NCBI GenBank assembly: GCA_026396015.1
Contig: JAPLXP010000003.1
Location: 176,974-240,973, forward strand
From: Candidatus Nomurabacteria bacterium
GTDB taxonomy: Bacteria > Patescibacteriota > Minisyncoccia > Phycocordibacterales > UBA9973
Direction: 5' to 3'
DNA: 64,000 nt
Shown: piece by piece, positions 19,553 through 29,688 of the stretch
Layout: every line of letters starts with the position of its first letter
Numbering within the stretch: the stretch's first letter is position 1
Notes under the pieces: generated by a model
Database searches by the model: none
Told to the model about the DNA's origin: nothing
The model's input: only the letters and a program-made list of their open reading frames with translations
Made by a program: the position numbers and the translations under genes

Positions 19553-21052
19553 TTATTTGATTACTGTTGTGAATGCTTCTAGTACATCTCCACCAGATAT
19601 CTCTATCTTGGATTCAACTTGCATTCCACATTCGTTACCTTCTAGAACTTCTTTTGATTTTATTTTACCAGCTTGTAGCTCTACTATCTTGCCACGGCCG
19701 ATCTCGTTCTCACGACGCATGATACGTACTACACCACCGAGGGTGATGCGTCCTTCTGTGACTCTACCACCGATGACTTGCTTGTCCTTTGTAGCACTAA
19801 AAGTCTTCAATATCATAACTTTCCCTGTGACTTCTTGACTCTCTGATCTTGGTCGGCGCTCTTCAACGAGTTCTTTTAGCCAGTCTGTGAGTTTGTAGAT
19901 GATGTCGAATGTCTGCACATTTACCTTTAGTGTCTCATTCAAATCGCGGGCCCCAGCGTCTAACTTAACTGTGAATCCTACGACAACACTCTCTTTGTCG
20001 GAGCTCGCCATCTTCAAATCAGTCTCAGATATTGCACCTACTCCACAAGAAATAATTTTGAATGAAATCTCAGAAGTATTTAGTTTTGACATCTCTTTTT
20101 CTAGAGCCTCTGCAGTTCCTGCTACATCTGTCTTTACGATTATCGGAATTACTTTTCCTTCAAATCTTTCTGTTCTTACGTTTGTTTTTTTATTTACCAA
20201 TTCACGCATTTCAACTTGGAATTTTTCTGCCTCTTTTTTACTTTCAAAAGTATCAAATGTACTGCCAACTTCAGGCATAATATCAAAACCAACAAGACGG
20301 ATAGGGGATGAAAATGTGGCTTCTTTTATAGGTTTGCCTAGGAAGTTTTCCATGATGCGAGTAGCTACCATAGCATTGCCAGCTACTACGAACATACCGT
20401 TTTTAACAGTACCATTCTTGATCAGACAGGTAGCTGTGATTCCACGCTTTGGATCACGATTCGCCTCGATGATGACACCTGATGCACCTAGCTTCTTGTC
20501 TCCATTGTATGCGTTCATATCTGCGACGAGGAGGATCATATCTAGGAGTTCTGGGATACCAGTTCCAGCTTTTGCAGAAATTGGCACAAATGGAATATCT
20601 CCACCCATACCTTCTAGGTATATACCTTTTTCCACTAGGTCCATCTTTGTCTTTTCGATATTTGCATTTGGCTTGTCCATCTTGTTTATCGCTACGATAT
20701 ATGGGACCTTGCTCTCGATGATTGTATTGTATGCTTCTATTGTCTGAGCTTTTACAGAATCCTCTGCAGACACTACTAGAATAGCGATATCAGCAGCAGA
20801 TGCTCCACGTGCACGCATTTTAGAAAAAGCCTCGTGACCTGGTGTATCTAGGAATGTGATCTTTTGATCTATACCCAACTCACCCTTGTGTGTGACCTCG
20901 TATGCAGATATATGCTGAGTGATTCCTCCAGCTTCTCCATCTACGATGTTTGATTTTCGGATATAGTCAAGAAGAGTCGACTTTCCGTGGTCGACGTGTC
21001 CCATGACCACTACTACTGGTGGTCTATTTGTTTGTGTTTTGTTTTCTTGCAT
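19553..21052 (-). CDS. infB: Translation initiation factor IF-2 (no N-terminal domain)
   Basis: RPPVVVVMGHVDHGKS, GGITQHI, DTPGHEAF, NKMD. Confidence 0.96.
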   Translation of the reverse strand: MQENKTQTNRPPVVVVMGHVDHGKSTLLDYIRKSNIVDGEAGGITQHISAYEVTHKGELGIDQKITFLDTPGHEAFSKMRARGASAADIAILVVSAEDSVKAQTIEAYNTIIESKVPYIVAINKMDKPNANIEKTKMDLVEKGIYLEGMGGDIPFVPISAKAGTGIPELLDMILLVADMNAYNGDKKLGASGVIIEANRDPKRGITATCLIKNGTVKNGMFVVAGNAMVATRIMENFLGKPIKEATFSSPIRLVGFDIMPEVGSTFDTFESKKEAEKFQVEMRELVNKKTNVRTERFEGKVIPIIVKTDVAGTAEALEKEMSKLNTSEISFKIISCGVGAISETDLKMASSDKESVVVGFTVKLDAGARDLNETLKVNVQTFDIIYKLTDWLKELVEERRPRSESQEVTGKVMILKTFSATKDKQVIGGRVTEGRITLGGVVRIMRRENEIGRGKIVELQAGKIKSKEVLEGNECGMQVESKIEISGGDVLEAFTTVIK

Positions 21053-21053
21053 A

Positions 21054-21497
21054 TTATTTTGTCTTCTTTAAAACTTCTTTCTCTTCGTCAGAAAGCTCAT
21101 AATCTGATTTACCATCTTTGATTGGTTTTGCGAATATACTCATACGATCACGAGCATAAAGGCTAGACATTATCACACCGTCTCCCTCATCATTTATAAA
21201 TGAGATTGCGAACGATTGATTGCTGCCGTGGTCAGGGAATGGATTGAATCGTATTGTCTCTACACCGCGGATAGTCTTCTTCATCTTTTCATCTAGGTGT
21301 TCGAGGTGCTTGTTTATCTCTCTCTGGGTGATCTCTAGATTCTCTGTGTGTTTTCCGAGTGTGTACATCACATCCTCGAGGTCTTTTGCTTTTGTTCCCA
21401 TAAATAACCTCTTTAATCTAATATGCAAGTACGTAATCCATCCGAGGAGGATGACAATAAAAAATGCAAGTATATAGATAAGGATAGTAATACTCAT
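21054..21497 (-). CDS. DUF4446-like membrane-anchored protein
   Basis: N-terminal TM; RFNPF..GSNQSFAI, YARD...FAKPI..GKSDYELSDEE; start MSITIL at 21497. Confidence 0.75.
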   Translation of the reverse strand: MSITILIYILAFFIVILLGWITYLHIRLKRLFMGTKAKDLEDVMYTLGKHTENLEITQREINKHLEHLDEKMKKTIRGVETIRFNPFPDHGSNQSFAISFINDEGDGVIMSSLYARDRMSIFAKPIKDGKSDYELSDEEKEVLKKTK

Positions 21498-21544
21498 AGA
21501 TGCTTTGCAGTATACAACAAATAATGATTTTTTACAATGAGAAC

Positions 21545-21580
21545 TTCCTCCCCTGCCAAGGGGAGGACTGAGGTGGGGTT
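21545..21580. repeat. Short GC-rich palindromic element
   Basis: TCCTCCCCT-gcca-AGGGGAGGA followed by ctgaggtgggg in an AT-rich divergent intergenic region. Confidence 0.6.
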
Positions 21581-21601
21581 TTGTGCTATAGTGTATGCAT
21601 A

Positions 21602-22945
21602 ATGTTTCGAAAGAGGAAAATCTATCTAGATTATGCATCTATGACACCTGTAGATAAAAAGGTGGTAAATCTCGTACACGAGGTGAGTAAAAAGGCTACC
21701 GACAATCCTAATGCCATCCACTCTGGTGGTGTTTTTGCTCGTAGTATTGTAGAAGATGCACGCAAATCGGTGGCAAAGTCTATCAATGCCCAGAGTGATG
21801 AGATATTCTTTTTAGGTTCAGGAACCGAGTCTGATGCATTAGCGATTTTAGGAGTAGTCAGAAATTTAAATAAAAAAGATTTCCTTCCTCATATCGTCAC
21901 TACAAATATAGAGCACAGTGCAGTACTTGAAAATTGTCGCTTACTTGAAGAACGCAGCGAAGCAGAAGTCACATATGTGAATGTAGAGGAGAATGGAATA
22001 GTAGATCCAAAAAAAATCCGTGAGGCGATAAAGGGGAACACTGTCCTCGTATCTGTGATGTATGCCAACAATGAGATAGGTACAATACAGCCTATTCGTG
22101 AAATTGCAAAAGAAATCAGACATTATAAGAAACACAACGGGAATATGCACGAATTATTCGCGCTTTACCCGCAAGCGGGCTCCGACGCGACTCATAATTC
22201 GTGCATATTCCCGTTGCTACATACCGATGCCGCACAAGCTATGAATTATCTAGACACTGACAACGTAGATAGACTAGGTGTAGATATGATGTCTTTTAAT
22301 AGTACAAAGATTTACGGACCCAAAGGTGTAGCTGTGCTCTATAAAAAAAGAGGGATAGAGTTATCGCCACTCTATGCTGGCGGTGGTCAGGAAGGTGGAC
22401 TACGCTCTGGCACAGAGAATGTGGCTGCGATAGCAGGCATGGCGTTAGCATTAAAAAATACAAACAGAATTAAAGATATAGAATATTCTCGTCTGACAAA
22501 ATTGCGCGATTATGCTATCGGTGAGATTCTCCGACTTTCTGAAAAATCAGGATACAAAATAATTTTAAATGGTGATATCGAGAATAGATTGCCGAATAAT
22601 ATAAATATCACAGTAGAAGGTATTTCTAGTGAACTCCTTGTGATAGAGCTCGATGCGAAAGGGGTAGCAGTATCGGAGCGCTCTGCATGTAGTGCAGATA
22701 GCGATGATGGCTCACATGTGATACGAGCCATCCGAAATGTTGATGAAAAAAATCTTCAAAATTCTTTAAAAATTTCGCCCGCTTTACCCGCGAGCGGGCT
22801 CCGACACGGATCAAAATTTTCAAATAATTTTTCCGATTTAGATTCCGTACGCATTACCCTCGGCAGAGAGACAAAAAAGTCTGATTTAGACTATCTAATT
22901 TCAACTCTTGAAAATATTTTAAATAAATATAAAAGTTGGAAATAA
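21602..22945 (+). CDS. iscS: Cysteine desulfurase (IscS/NifS type) with two palindromic inserts
   Basis: YLDYASMTP, NNEIGTIQP, HTDAAQA, KIYGPKG, RSGTEN, SACS. Confidence 0.88.
   Translation: MFRKRKIYLDYASMTPVDKKVVNLVHEVSKKATDNPNAIHSGGVFARSIVEDARKSVAKSINAQSDEIFFLGSGTESDALAILGVVRNLNKKDFLPHIVTTNIEHSAVLENCRLLEERSEAEVTYVNVEENGIVDPKKIREAIKGNTVLVSVMYANNEIGTIQPIREIAKEIRHYKKHNGNMHELFALYPQAGSDATHNSCIFPLLHTDAAQAMNYLDTDNVDRLGVDMMSFNSTKIYGPKGVAVLYKKRGIELSPLYAGGGQEGGLRSGTENVAAIAGMALALKNTNRIKDIEYSRLTKLRDYAIGEILRLSEKSGYKIILNGDIENRLPNNINITVEGISSELLVIELDAKGVAVSERSACSADSDDGSHVIRAIRNVDEKNLQNSLKISPALPASGLRHGSKFSNNFSDLDSVRITLGRETKKSDLDYLISTLENILNKYKSWK
22135..22216 (+). repeat. In-frame palindromic element 1 in iscS
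   Basis: Perfect 23-bp inverted repeat CAACGGGAATATGCACGAATTAT around core CGCTTTACCCGCAAGCGGGCTCCGAC. Confidence 0.85.
22758..22831 (+). repeat. In-frame palindromic element 2 in iscS
   Basis: Core CGCTTTACCCGCGAGCGGGCTCCGAC (25/26 identical to element 1) with different AT-rich inverted arms. Confidence 0.8.
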
Positions 22946-22973
22946 GCTTGACCGCTATGTTATACTGTATAGT

Positions 22974-23537
22974 ATGGATATTAAAGATTTAAACAAAACA
23001 CAGCTTATATTACTCACATTACTCATTACGTTTGTAGTGTCTATTGCTACTGGTATCGTGACTGTATCTTTGATGCAAAAAATGCCAACCAATGCCACAG
23101 CGACTATCAACAATGTGATTCAGAGAACTATCGAGAAAGTTACTACTTCTGCTCCTGCACCTACTACTCAAACTGGAAATAGTAATATCAATTTATCTGA
23201 TAATGCTGTATTGGTACCGATCTATAATAAAGATTTTGTCCAAGTTGATACTAAAAATGTTCCAGCTGGTGTAGTAGTAGATCCGATGAAGCCTACTACA
23301 GAAGGTGTTATCATTTCTGATTCAGGACTCATCCTTGTAGATTCTGCAAATTTGGATAAAGAAGAAAATATTTATAAAGTTGTTCTTGGTAAAGAATTAT
23401 TTGATACTCAGATTATAAAGAGATTTTCAAATGGATTTGTAATAATGCAAATTAAATCAAAAACAAAAGTAATAGATACTACAGCTGACACAAAAAAAAT
23501 AGATCAAAATCCAGTAGATAATTCAGTAAAACAATAG
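22974..23537 (+). CDS. Membrane-anchored hypothetical protein (degenerate serine-protease-like)
   Basis: DLNKTQLILLTLLITFVVSIATGIVTVSL anchor; GVIISDSGLILV resembles trypsin-fold strands without catalytic residues. Confidence 0.55.
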   Translation: MDIKDLNKTQLILLTLLITFVVSIATGIVTVSLMQKMPTNATATINNVIQRTIEKVTTSAPAPTTQTGNSNINLSDNAVLVPIYNKDFVQVDTKNVPAGVVVDPMKPTTEGVIISDSGLILVDSANLDKEENIYKVVLGKELFDTQIIKRFSNGFVIMQIKSKTKVIDTTADTKKIDQNPVDNSVKQ

Positions 23538-23628
23538 AATTTTATTTGCCCGGTCTGTAATATTAAATTTAAAAATAATTAATGCGCAGCGCATATTTAT
23601 ATATGTGTGATGTGATTCATAAAAACCA

Positions 23629-26328
23629 ATGCCCCCATTCAATCATTTTACAACAAAAGCAAAAGAGGCGATTCGTAAAGCTCATGAGCTAGCTATCGAG
23701 AGAGGTCAGAATCATGTGAATGGTCTGCATCTACTCACTGCACTGCTCGTGCAAGAGGATTCACTTATCATATCTATCTTGGAAAAGATGGATATTGATA
23801 CATTGCTACTCATCGATACAGTAGCAGAGATTATCGAGAATCCAGAAGCTCGCAATACTGTGTCTCCGTCTTATCAAATATATCTGACTCCAGATCTCGC
23901 ATCAGCAATAGAGAATTCTAGTAAGGTCGCTGTCACACTCAAGGATGAATTCGTATCTACAGAGCATCTATTTATATCACTATTGGAAACTGCAGGTGAG
24001 GCCCGCGAGATGCTAGGCCGATTCAAAATAGAAAAGGATAAAGTTATAAATATCTTAGAGATGTTCCGCAAGGAAAATATCACAGATACTGGATCTTCAA
24101 AAAAGCCAAAGCTTCTCACAAAATTCACTCGCAGCCTGACCCGGCTCGCACGTGAGGATAAACTCGATCCAGTCATCGGTCGTGATACAGAGATCATGCG
24201 CCTTATGCAGATATTATCTCGTCGTACAAAAAACAATCCGATACTAATAGGTGAAGCTGGTACTGGCAAGACTGCAGTAGCAGAGGCTCTAGCACTACGT
24301 ATCGCCAAGGGTGATGTACCCGAGAGTCTTCGCGATAAAGAAGTCGTATCTCTTGATCTAGGATTGCTACTCGCTGGTACAAAATATCGCGGTGAATTCG
24401 AAGAGCGCCTACGCGGAATCATGAAGGAGATAGAAAAGACTGATGGGAAAATAATTTTATTTATCGATGAGATTCATACTATCGTCGGGGCAGGTAGCTC
24501 CGAGGGGTCACTGGATGCTTCGAATATGCTAAAGCCTGCACTGGCTCGTGGAGAGCTGCATGCGATCGGTGCGACGACTTTGAAGGAGTATCAAAAGCAT
24601 ATCGAAAAAGATCCAGCACTCGCACGTAGATTCCAGCCGATCTTTATCGACGAGCCATCTACTGATGATGCGATAGCAATACTTCGAGGACTAAAAGAAA
24701 AATATGAATTATTCCATGGTGTACGTATTACAGACGAGGCGATCATCGCTGCTGTGAATTTCTCTACACGATATATCACAGGTAGATATCTACCAGACAA
24801 AGCTGTCGACCTTATCGACGAGGCTTCTTCTGCATTGAAGATATCACTGGAGAACAAGCCACAAGCCTTAGAAGAATCACATCGCAAGATTATGCGTCTC
24901 GAGATTGAAAAGGAAGCTCTCTCAAAAGATATCGGATTGGAATCACATACTACAAAAGAAGACAAGGACGCAAAAGCTCGTATCAAGGAGATCGATGGCG
25001 AGATAGCGAACCTAAAAGAAAAAACAAAAGAGCTAGAACTGAAATGGAAAAATGAAAAGGATACAGTCGTAGAGATTCGTGCAATCAAAAAAGAATTGGA
25101 GACTTTGCGTTTTGAAGCGGACAATGCCGAGATGCGTGGAGACTTAGCTCGTGTAGCAGAGATCCGATACGGACAGATTCCTGATTTCCAAAAAGATCTA
25201 GATGCTAAATTAGCAAGATTAAAGAAGCTTCAAAAATCTCGCCGAATATTGAAGGAGGAGATCACGACAGAAGATATAGCAGAAGTTGTATCACGATGGA
25301 CAGGTGTGCCACTATCTAGGATGCTCGAGGAGGAGCGTAGCAAGCTTGCCCATATGGAGGACCAGATAAAGAAGAGAGTCGTCGGTCAAGATGAAGCAAT
25401 CAAAAAGATTTCAGATGTCGTTCGTCGCAGTCGTGCTGGAATATCTGATCCAAACAAGCCAATCGGTTCATTTATCTTCCTAGGACCTACTGGTGTAGGT
25501 AAGACTGAGCTGACAAAGGCATTAGCGCAATTTATGTTCGACGATGAGAAGTCACTCATACGTGTGGACATGTCTGAATACATGGAGCGTCACAGTGTAT
25601 CCAAGCTCGTAGGTTCACCGCCAGGATATGTAGGCTACGATGAATCAGGACAGCTCACAGAGCAGGTCCGCCATCGTCCATACTCTGTAGTACTCTTTGA
25701 TGAGATTGAAAAAGCTCATCCTGAGGTATTCAATATCTTGCTCCAGGTCCTAGACGAGGGCAAGCTCACTGATTCCAAGGGACGCACAGTGAATTTCAAA
25801 AATACAATCATCATCATGACTTCAAATATTGGTTCTCATTTGATTGAAAAGATGGAGAGTATCGGATTCAATACGAATACAGTAAAAGAGGATTATCAAA
25901 ATACAAAAGACAAAGTACTCGCAAGTTTGAAGGATCACTTCCGTCCTGAATTCCTAAATCGTCTCGATGATATTGTAGTCTTTGATGTATTGTCTCAAGA
26001 AGTCATCCGCAATATTGTATCTATCAAGATCGATGTCATCCGTGTACGACTACTGGCAAAGGGGATAGATCTCGAGATATCAGACGATGCGATGGATTAT
26101 CTATCACGCGAGGGATACAATCCGCACTATGGTGCACGACCGCTCGGCCGCCTGATACAGAACAAGATTCTCAACCATGTCGCATCATTCATTATTGAAA
26201 AAGGTGTGAACAAGGGTGACACAGTCTATGTGACACTCCGAGATTCAGAGCTAGTGATCGATATGAAAAAGAAAAAGATTAAATCCAATCTAAAAGTCTC
26301 AAAGCCAAGCCCGTATACAGCGAAATAA
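23629..26328 (+). CDS. clpB: ATP-dependent chaperone ClpB
   Basis: Two AAA modules ([16 protein letters not shown]), long coiled-coil middle domain, GSPPGYVGY. Confidence 0.93.
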   Translation: MPPFNHFTTKAKEAIRKAHELAIERGQNHVNGLHLLTALLVQEDSLIISILEKMDIDTLLLIDTVAEIIENPEARNTVSPSYQIYLTPDLASAIENSSKVAVTLKDEFVSTEHLFISLLETAGEAREMLGRFKIEKDKVINILEMFRKENITDTGSSKKPKLLTKFTRSLTRLAREDKLDPVIGRDTEIMRLMQILSRRTKNNPILIGEAGTGKTAVAEALALRIAKGDVPESLRDKEVVSLDLGLLLAGTKYRGEFEERLRGIMKEIEKTDGKIILFIDEIHTIVGAGSSEGSLDASNMLKPALARGELHAIGATTLKEYQKHIEKDPALARRFQPIFIDEPSTDDAIAILRGLKEKYELFHGVRITDEAIIAAVNFSTRYITGRYLPDKAVDLIDEASSALKISLENKPQALEESHRKIMRLEIEKEALSKDIGLESHTTKEDKDAKARIKEIDGEIANLKEKTKELELKWKNEKDTVVEIRAIKKELETLRFEADNAEMRGDLARVAEIRYGQIPDFQKDLDAKLARLKKLQKSRRILKEEITTEDIAEVVSRWTGVPLSRMLEEERSKLAHMEDQIKKRVVGQDEAIKKISDVVRRSRAGISDPNKPIGSFIFLGPTGVGKTELTKALAQFMFDDEKSLIRVDMSEYMERHSVSKLVGSPPGYVGYDESGQLTEQVRHRPYSVVLFDEIEKAHPEVFNILLQVLDEGKLTDSKGRTVNFKNTIIIMTSNIGSHLIEKMESIGFNTNTVKEDYQNTKDKVLASLKDHFRPEFLNRLDDIVVFDVLSQEVIRNIVSIKIDVIRVRLLAKGIDLEISDDAMDYLSREGYNPHYGARPLGRLIQNKILNHVASFIIEKGVNKGDTVYVTLRDSELVIDMKKKKIKSNLKVSKPSPYTAK

Positions 26329-26364
26329 ATAAAAACCCACGAATTGATTCGTGGGTTTTTATTT
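26327..26364 (+). terminator. Intrinsic terminator after clpB
   Basis: AAATAAAAACCCACGAAT-tg-ATTCGTGGGTTTTTATTT. Confidence 0.8.
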
Positions 26365-26440
26365 TGTTGACTCTTTTTTAAAAAGGAGTATTGTTAGATA
26401 TAAATTTCTTATTTTCAAAATTTTTAAACAATTTAAAGTT

Positions 26441-26635
26441 ATGTCAGACACTACTAAAAAAGATGCTTTGAATAAAAAAGCTCGAAAGAACAAATTTTCA
26501 TCAATAATTGTAAAAGATATTCCTACGGGAATTGAAGATCTAAAACATGAACAGCATTCAGCTGTTGATGGAAACACTAAAATCAAAGGGTGTAAAGAAC
26601 CTGTGCAAATAATTGTTAAACCAAAGAAAAAATAA
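26441..26635 (+). CDS. Small basic hypothetical protein
   Basis: 64-aa ORF MSDTTKKDALNKKARKNK... Confidence 0.4.
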   Translation: MSDTTKKDALNKKARKNKFSSIIVKDIPTGIEDLKHEQHSAVDGNTKIKGCKEPVQIIVKPKKK

Positions 26636-26648
26636 AAAGTAGTACATT

Positions 26649-26825
26649 ATGAAAAAAATAGCAGCATATTTAGCTAGTGTGTTTTCTTTTGGGAAAAGTT
26701 TTATTTTTCAACCCAATATACTGAGTAGAAATGTTTATTTTCAACAAAGTAAATCCAGGAGAATTATTTCAAAAGATCACAAGCAAGTGGTCCTAAAAAG
26801 AAAACAAGGAGACATAGGTAAATAG
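26649..26825 (+). CDS. Small basic hypothetical protein (58 aa, below ORF-track cutoff)
   Basis: MKKIAAYLASVFSFGKSFIFQ...KRKQGDIGK, 13 nt after the previous stop. Confidence 0.35.
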   Translation: MKKIAAYLASVFSFGKSFIFQPNILSRNVYFQQSKSRRIISKDHKQVVLKRKQGDIGK

Positions 26826-26919
26826 GAATATTTACAAAATTGTATTAAAAATCGTAGTATTTTACTACGATTTTTTTGTTGTTGAAAAATTATAATAAAA
26901 AGTGTATAGTACCCTGTAT

Positions 26920-27002
26920 GCGTCGGTGGTGGAGTGGTCTATCACAACAGACTGTAAATCTGTCGGCTTCGGCCTTCGTTGGTTCGAATCCAACCCGGCG
27001 CA
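26920..27002 (+). tRNA. tRNA-Tyr(GTA)
   Basis: ACAGA-CTGTAAA-TCTGT, long variable arm, GGTTCGAATCC. Confidence 0.93.
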
Positions 27003-27062
27003 CAATAAAAAACGGCTTAGGCCGTTTTTTTTGTTTTTGTATTTTTATGTTAAAATACACGC

Positions 27063-28097
27063 ATGTCACAACTATACAGCAATTCAATATTTTGGGTGGA
27101 TGTTGATAAGATAAAACCCAACCCATTTCAGCCTCGTCGTGAATTCGAAGAGGCAAGATTAAAGGACTTAGCAGACTCTATCCGCCAATATGGCATACTC
27201 CAGCCGCTCACAGTATCCCGTGTGGAGGTAGTAAAAGAGGATGGTGGTATTGCTGTAGAATACGAGCTTATCGCTGGTGAGCGCCGTCTCCGAGCTTCAA
27301 AGCTAGCAGGTGTCGCCCAGGTACCTGTGGTCATCCGTATTGGAGATGACAACATGGCAAAGCTTGAATTGGCTATCATTGAAAATCTTCAACGTGAAGA
27401 TCTAAACGCAGTAGAGCGTGCACGAGCATTCTTCCGATTAGTAGAAGAGTTTAAATTCACTCATGGTCAGGTTGGTACAAAGGTAGGCAAGAGTCGTGAA
27501 TATGTGTCCAACACTCTGCGCCTCCTATCATTGCCACAAGAAGTCCTAGACGCATTATCTGCACGCAGAATTACCGAAGGTCATACTAGACCTATCATGA
27601 TGCTCGCAGACAAGCCTGAGGAGCAGATGGTTCTGTTCAAAGAGATAATATTTAAAAAGATGAATGTGCGTGATGCAGAAAAATATGCACGCCGTATAGC
27701 TGTAGATCGTGTACGTAACAAGGAATATATTCTTGATCCAGAATTACTAGAGATGGAGGTACACCTAGCTGAGGCATTAGGTACACGTGTCCATGTAGAA
27801 AAGAGTCAGAATGGCGGACAGATCACAATTGATTTCTTTACAAATGAAGATTTGAGAAATATTCTTGAGGTGATGAAAGGAGTAGAGTCAAAAGGTAAGA
27901 GTCCTACTGAGATGCTGGATCGTCACATCGAATCTGTCGGCGGAATAGAGACTTTGATACCAAGCGTCAACAATCCTGCTGTTCTTGCTGTCAGTGATAT
28001 AGAGGCAGAGCAGATCGAGATGCTAGACGATAGAGATGAAAAAGAAAAGCAGGTTGTAGAAGAAGAATTGTATAACATAAAAAATTTCTCACTATAA
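27063..28097 (+). CDS. parB: ParB/Spo0J family partitioning protein
   Basis: PNPFQPRREF, YGILQPL, IAGERRLRA, IENLQREDLN. Confidence 0.9.
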   Translation: MSQLYSNSIFWVDVDKIKPNPFQPRREFEEARLKDLADSIRQYGILQPLTVSRVEVVKEDGGIAVEYELIAGERRLRASKLAGVAQVPVVIRIGDDNMAKLELAIIENLQREDLNAVERARAFFRLVEEFKFTHGQVGTKVGKSREYVSNTLRLLSLPQEVLDALSARRITEGHTRPIMMLADKPEEQMVLFKEIIFKKMNVRDAEKYARRIAVDRVRNKEYILDPELLEMEVHLAEALGTRVHVEKSQNGGQITIDFFTNEDLRNILEVMKGVESKGKSPTEMLDRHIESVGGIETLIPSVNNPAVLAVSDIEAEQIEMLDDRDEKEKQVVEEELYNIKNFSL

Positions 28098-28150
28098 AAA
28101 TAAAAATCCCCGCCACAACTTTGTAAATGTTGGCGGGGATTTTTATTTTT
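28096..28150. terminator. Bidirectional terminator
   Basis: AAAAATAAAAATCCCCGCCA...TGGCGGGGATTTTTATTTTT between convergent genes. Confidence 0.8.
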
Positions 28151-29624
28151 AGAATTTTGCAAACGATCTGAATTTTGATAGGAGACTATTTTGTCTTAAA
28201 TATGTATTGATATGTTTCTTTGCCATACTAGTCTTGGCATATTCTAGCCATTTTGACGATGGATTAGTATTTGGATTCACAGTGATCTCTACTATATCGC
28301 GACTTGCGAGCTTTGTACCTAGACTAGCATTTTTATTATTTATCAGTCCATTCTGCGCATGATTGCCAATGTCTGAGTGAATAGCATATGCAAAGTCTAT
28401 GACAGTAGCACCCTCTGGTAGGTCTACTACATCACCTCTGGGTGTGAACACGAATATTCTATCTTTGAACAGATCCATCTGCAGGTGCTGAAGGAATTTT
28501 TCTGGATCATCTACTGTCTTGTGTAGCTCTTGGAGTTGGGATAGCCATTCAAATTTCCTATCCTTACTACCTTTGATTGTAAAATTCTTGCCACCTGTCT
28601 CTTTGTAAATAAAGTGTGCAGCGATACCATATACAGCTTCGGCATGCATCTCTGGTGTTCGTATCTGTACCTCTACTACTCCACCAGTCCCAGTGAATAT
28701 TGTAGTATGTAGTGATCTGTATCCATTTGGCTTTGGTGTAGCTATATAGTCCTTGATGCGTCCTGGAAGAGGATTCCATATACTATGAACTATTCCTAGT
28801 GTTCGGTAGCAGTCCTCGATATTGTCCACGATCACACGTAGTGCGACTACATCGTAAATCTTTTCAATATCTAGATTATATTTTACTAGTTTATTCCAAA
28901 GACTGTATTTATACTTTTCACGACGACTGATTTCTACTATATGAATTTTTTGATTTTTTAATTCGTCTGTCAGTTTATCTGTAACAAGATCCAAATCTTT
29001 TGTATTGTCGAATTTTGTATTAGCGAGAATTTCCTGAAGCTTTTTGTATTCCTCTGGGTATGCATAGGGGAATGCAGCATCTTCGAGGTTACCCTTTAGA
29101 TTGTTCATACCTATGCGGTCCGCAAGTCGTGCGTGAATCTCGATAGTCTCCAATGCGATTCTCTTTCTCTTATCTATCCGTACGTGTTCGAGAGTCTGTA
29201 CATTGTGCAGTCTGTCTGCTAATTTGATGATTAATATTCGCAAGTCATCCGCCATCGCCATAAAGAATTTGCGTAGGGATTCTACGTGTCGTGCGTGACC
29301 TTGGTATTTTACTTTTCCAAGCTTGGTCACACCATTTACGAGCTTTACTATCTCTTCACCAAATTCTTCGACTAACTTTTCCTCCGGAGTATCTGTGTCT
29401 TCTAGTACGTCATGCAGGAATCCTGCAGCTATAGTCTTGGCATCCATACCAAAATGAGCCAGATTCTTTGCAGTAGCGAATACGTGAATAAAGTATGGCT
29501 CACCACTTTTTCGGAGTTGGTCTTTATGGGCCTCATGTGCTACATCATAGGCTTTTTGGATTAAAGCCTTATCTTTTGCATCCAATTTAGATGTCTGATT
29601 GTAGATTTCATTGATGTCTAACAT
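28149..29624 (-). CDS. rel: RelA/SpoT homolog (HD + synthetase + TGS, truncated C-terminus)
   Basis: RKSGEPY, LHDVLED, KLADRLHN, KDYIATPKPNGYRSLHT, FTPRG, DFAYAIH. Confidence 0.92.
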   Translation of the reverse strand: MLDINEIYNQTSKLDAKDKALIQKAYDVAHEAHKDQLRKSGEPYFIHVFATAKNLAHFGMDAKTIAAGFLHDVLEDTDTPEEKLVEEFGEEIVKLVNGVTKLGKVKYQGHARHVESLRKFFMAMADDLRILIIKLADRLHNVQTLEHVRIDKRKRIALETIEIHARLADRIGMNNLKGNLEDAAFPYAYPEEYKKLQEILANTKFDNTKDLDLVTDKLTDELKNQKIHIVEISRREKYKYSLWNKLVKYNLDIEKIYDVVALRVIVDNIEDCYRTLGIVHSIWNPLPGRIKDYIATPKPNGYRSLHTTIFTGTGGVVEVQIRTPEMHAEAVYGIAAHFIYKETGGKNFTIKGSKDRKFEWLSQLQELHKTVDDPEKFLQHLQMDLFKDRIFVFTPRGDVVDLPEGATVIDFAYAIHSDIGNHAQNGLINNKNASLGTKLASRDIVEITVNPNTNPSSKWLEYAKTSMAKKHINTYLRQNSLLSKFRSFAKF

Positions 29625-29688
29625 ATATATAGAGTATATATGAATAAATAAAAAATAAAAGAGCCCGACATGGGGCCGGACTTTTTTA

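Noticed and set aside
19557-25583. Long antisense ORFs over infB and clpB (up to 282 aa)
   Set aside because: Shadow frames of conserved genes with no recognisable motifs
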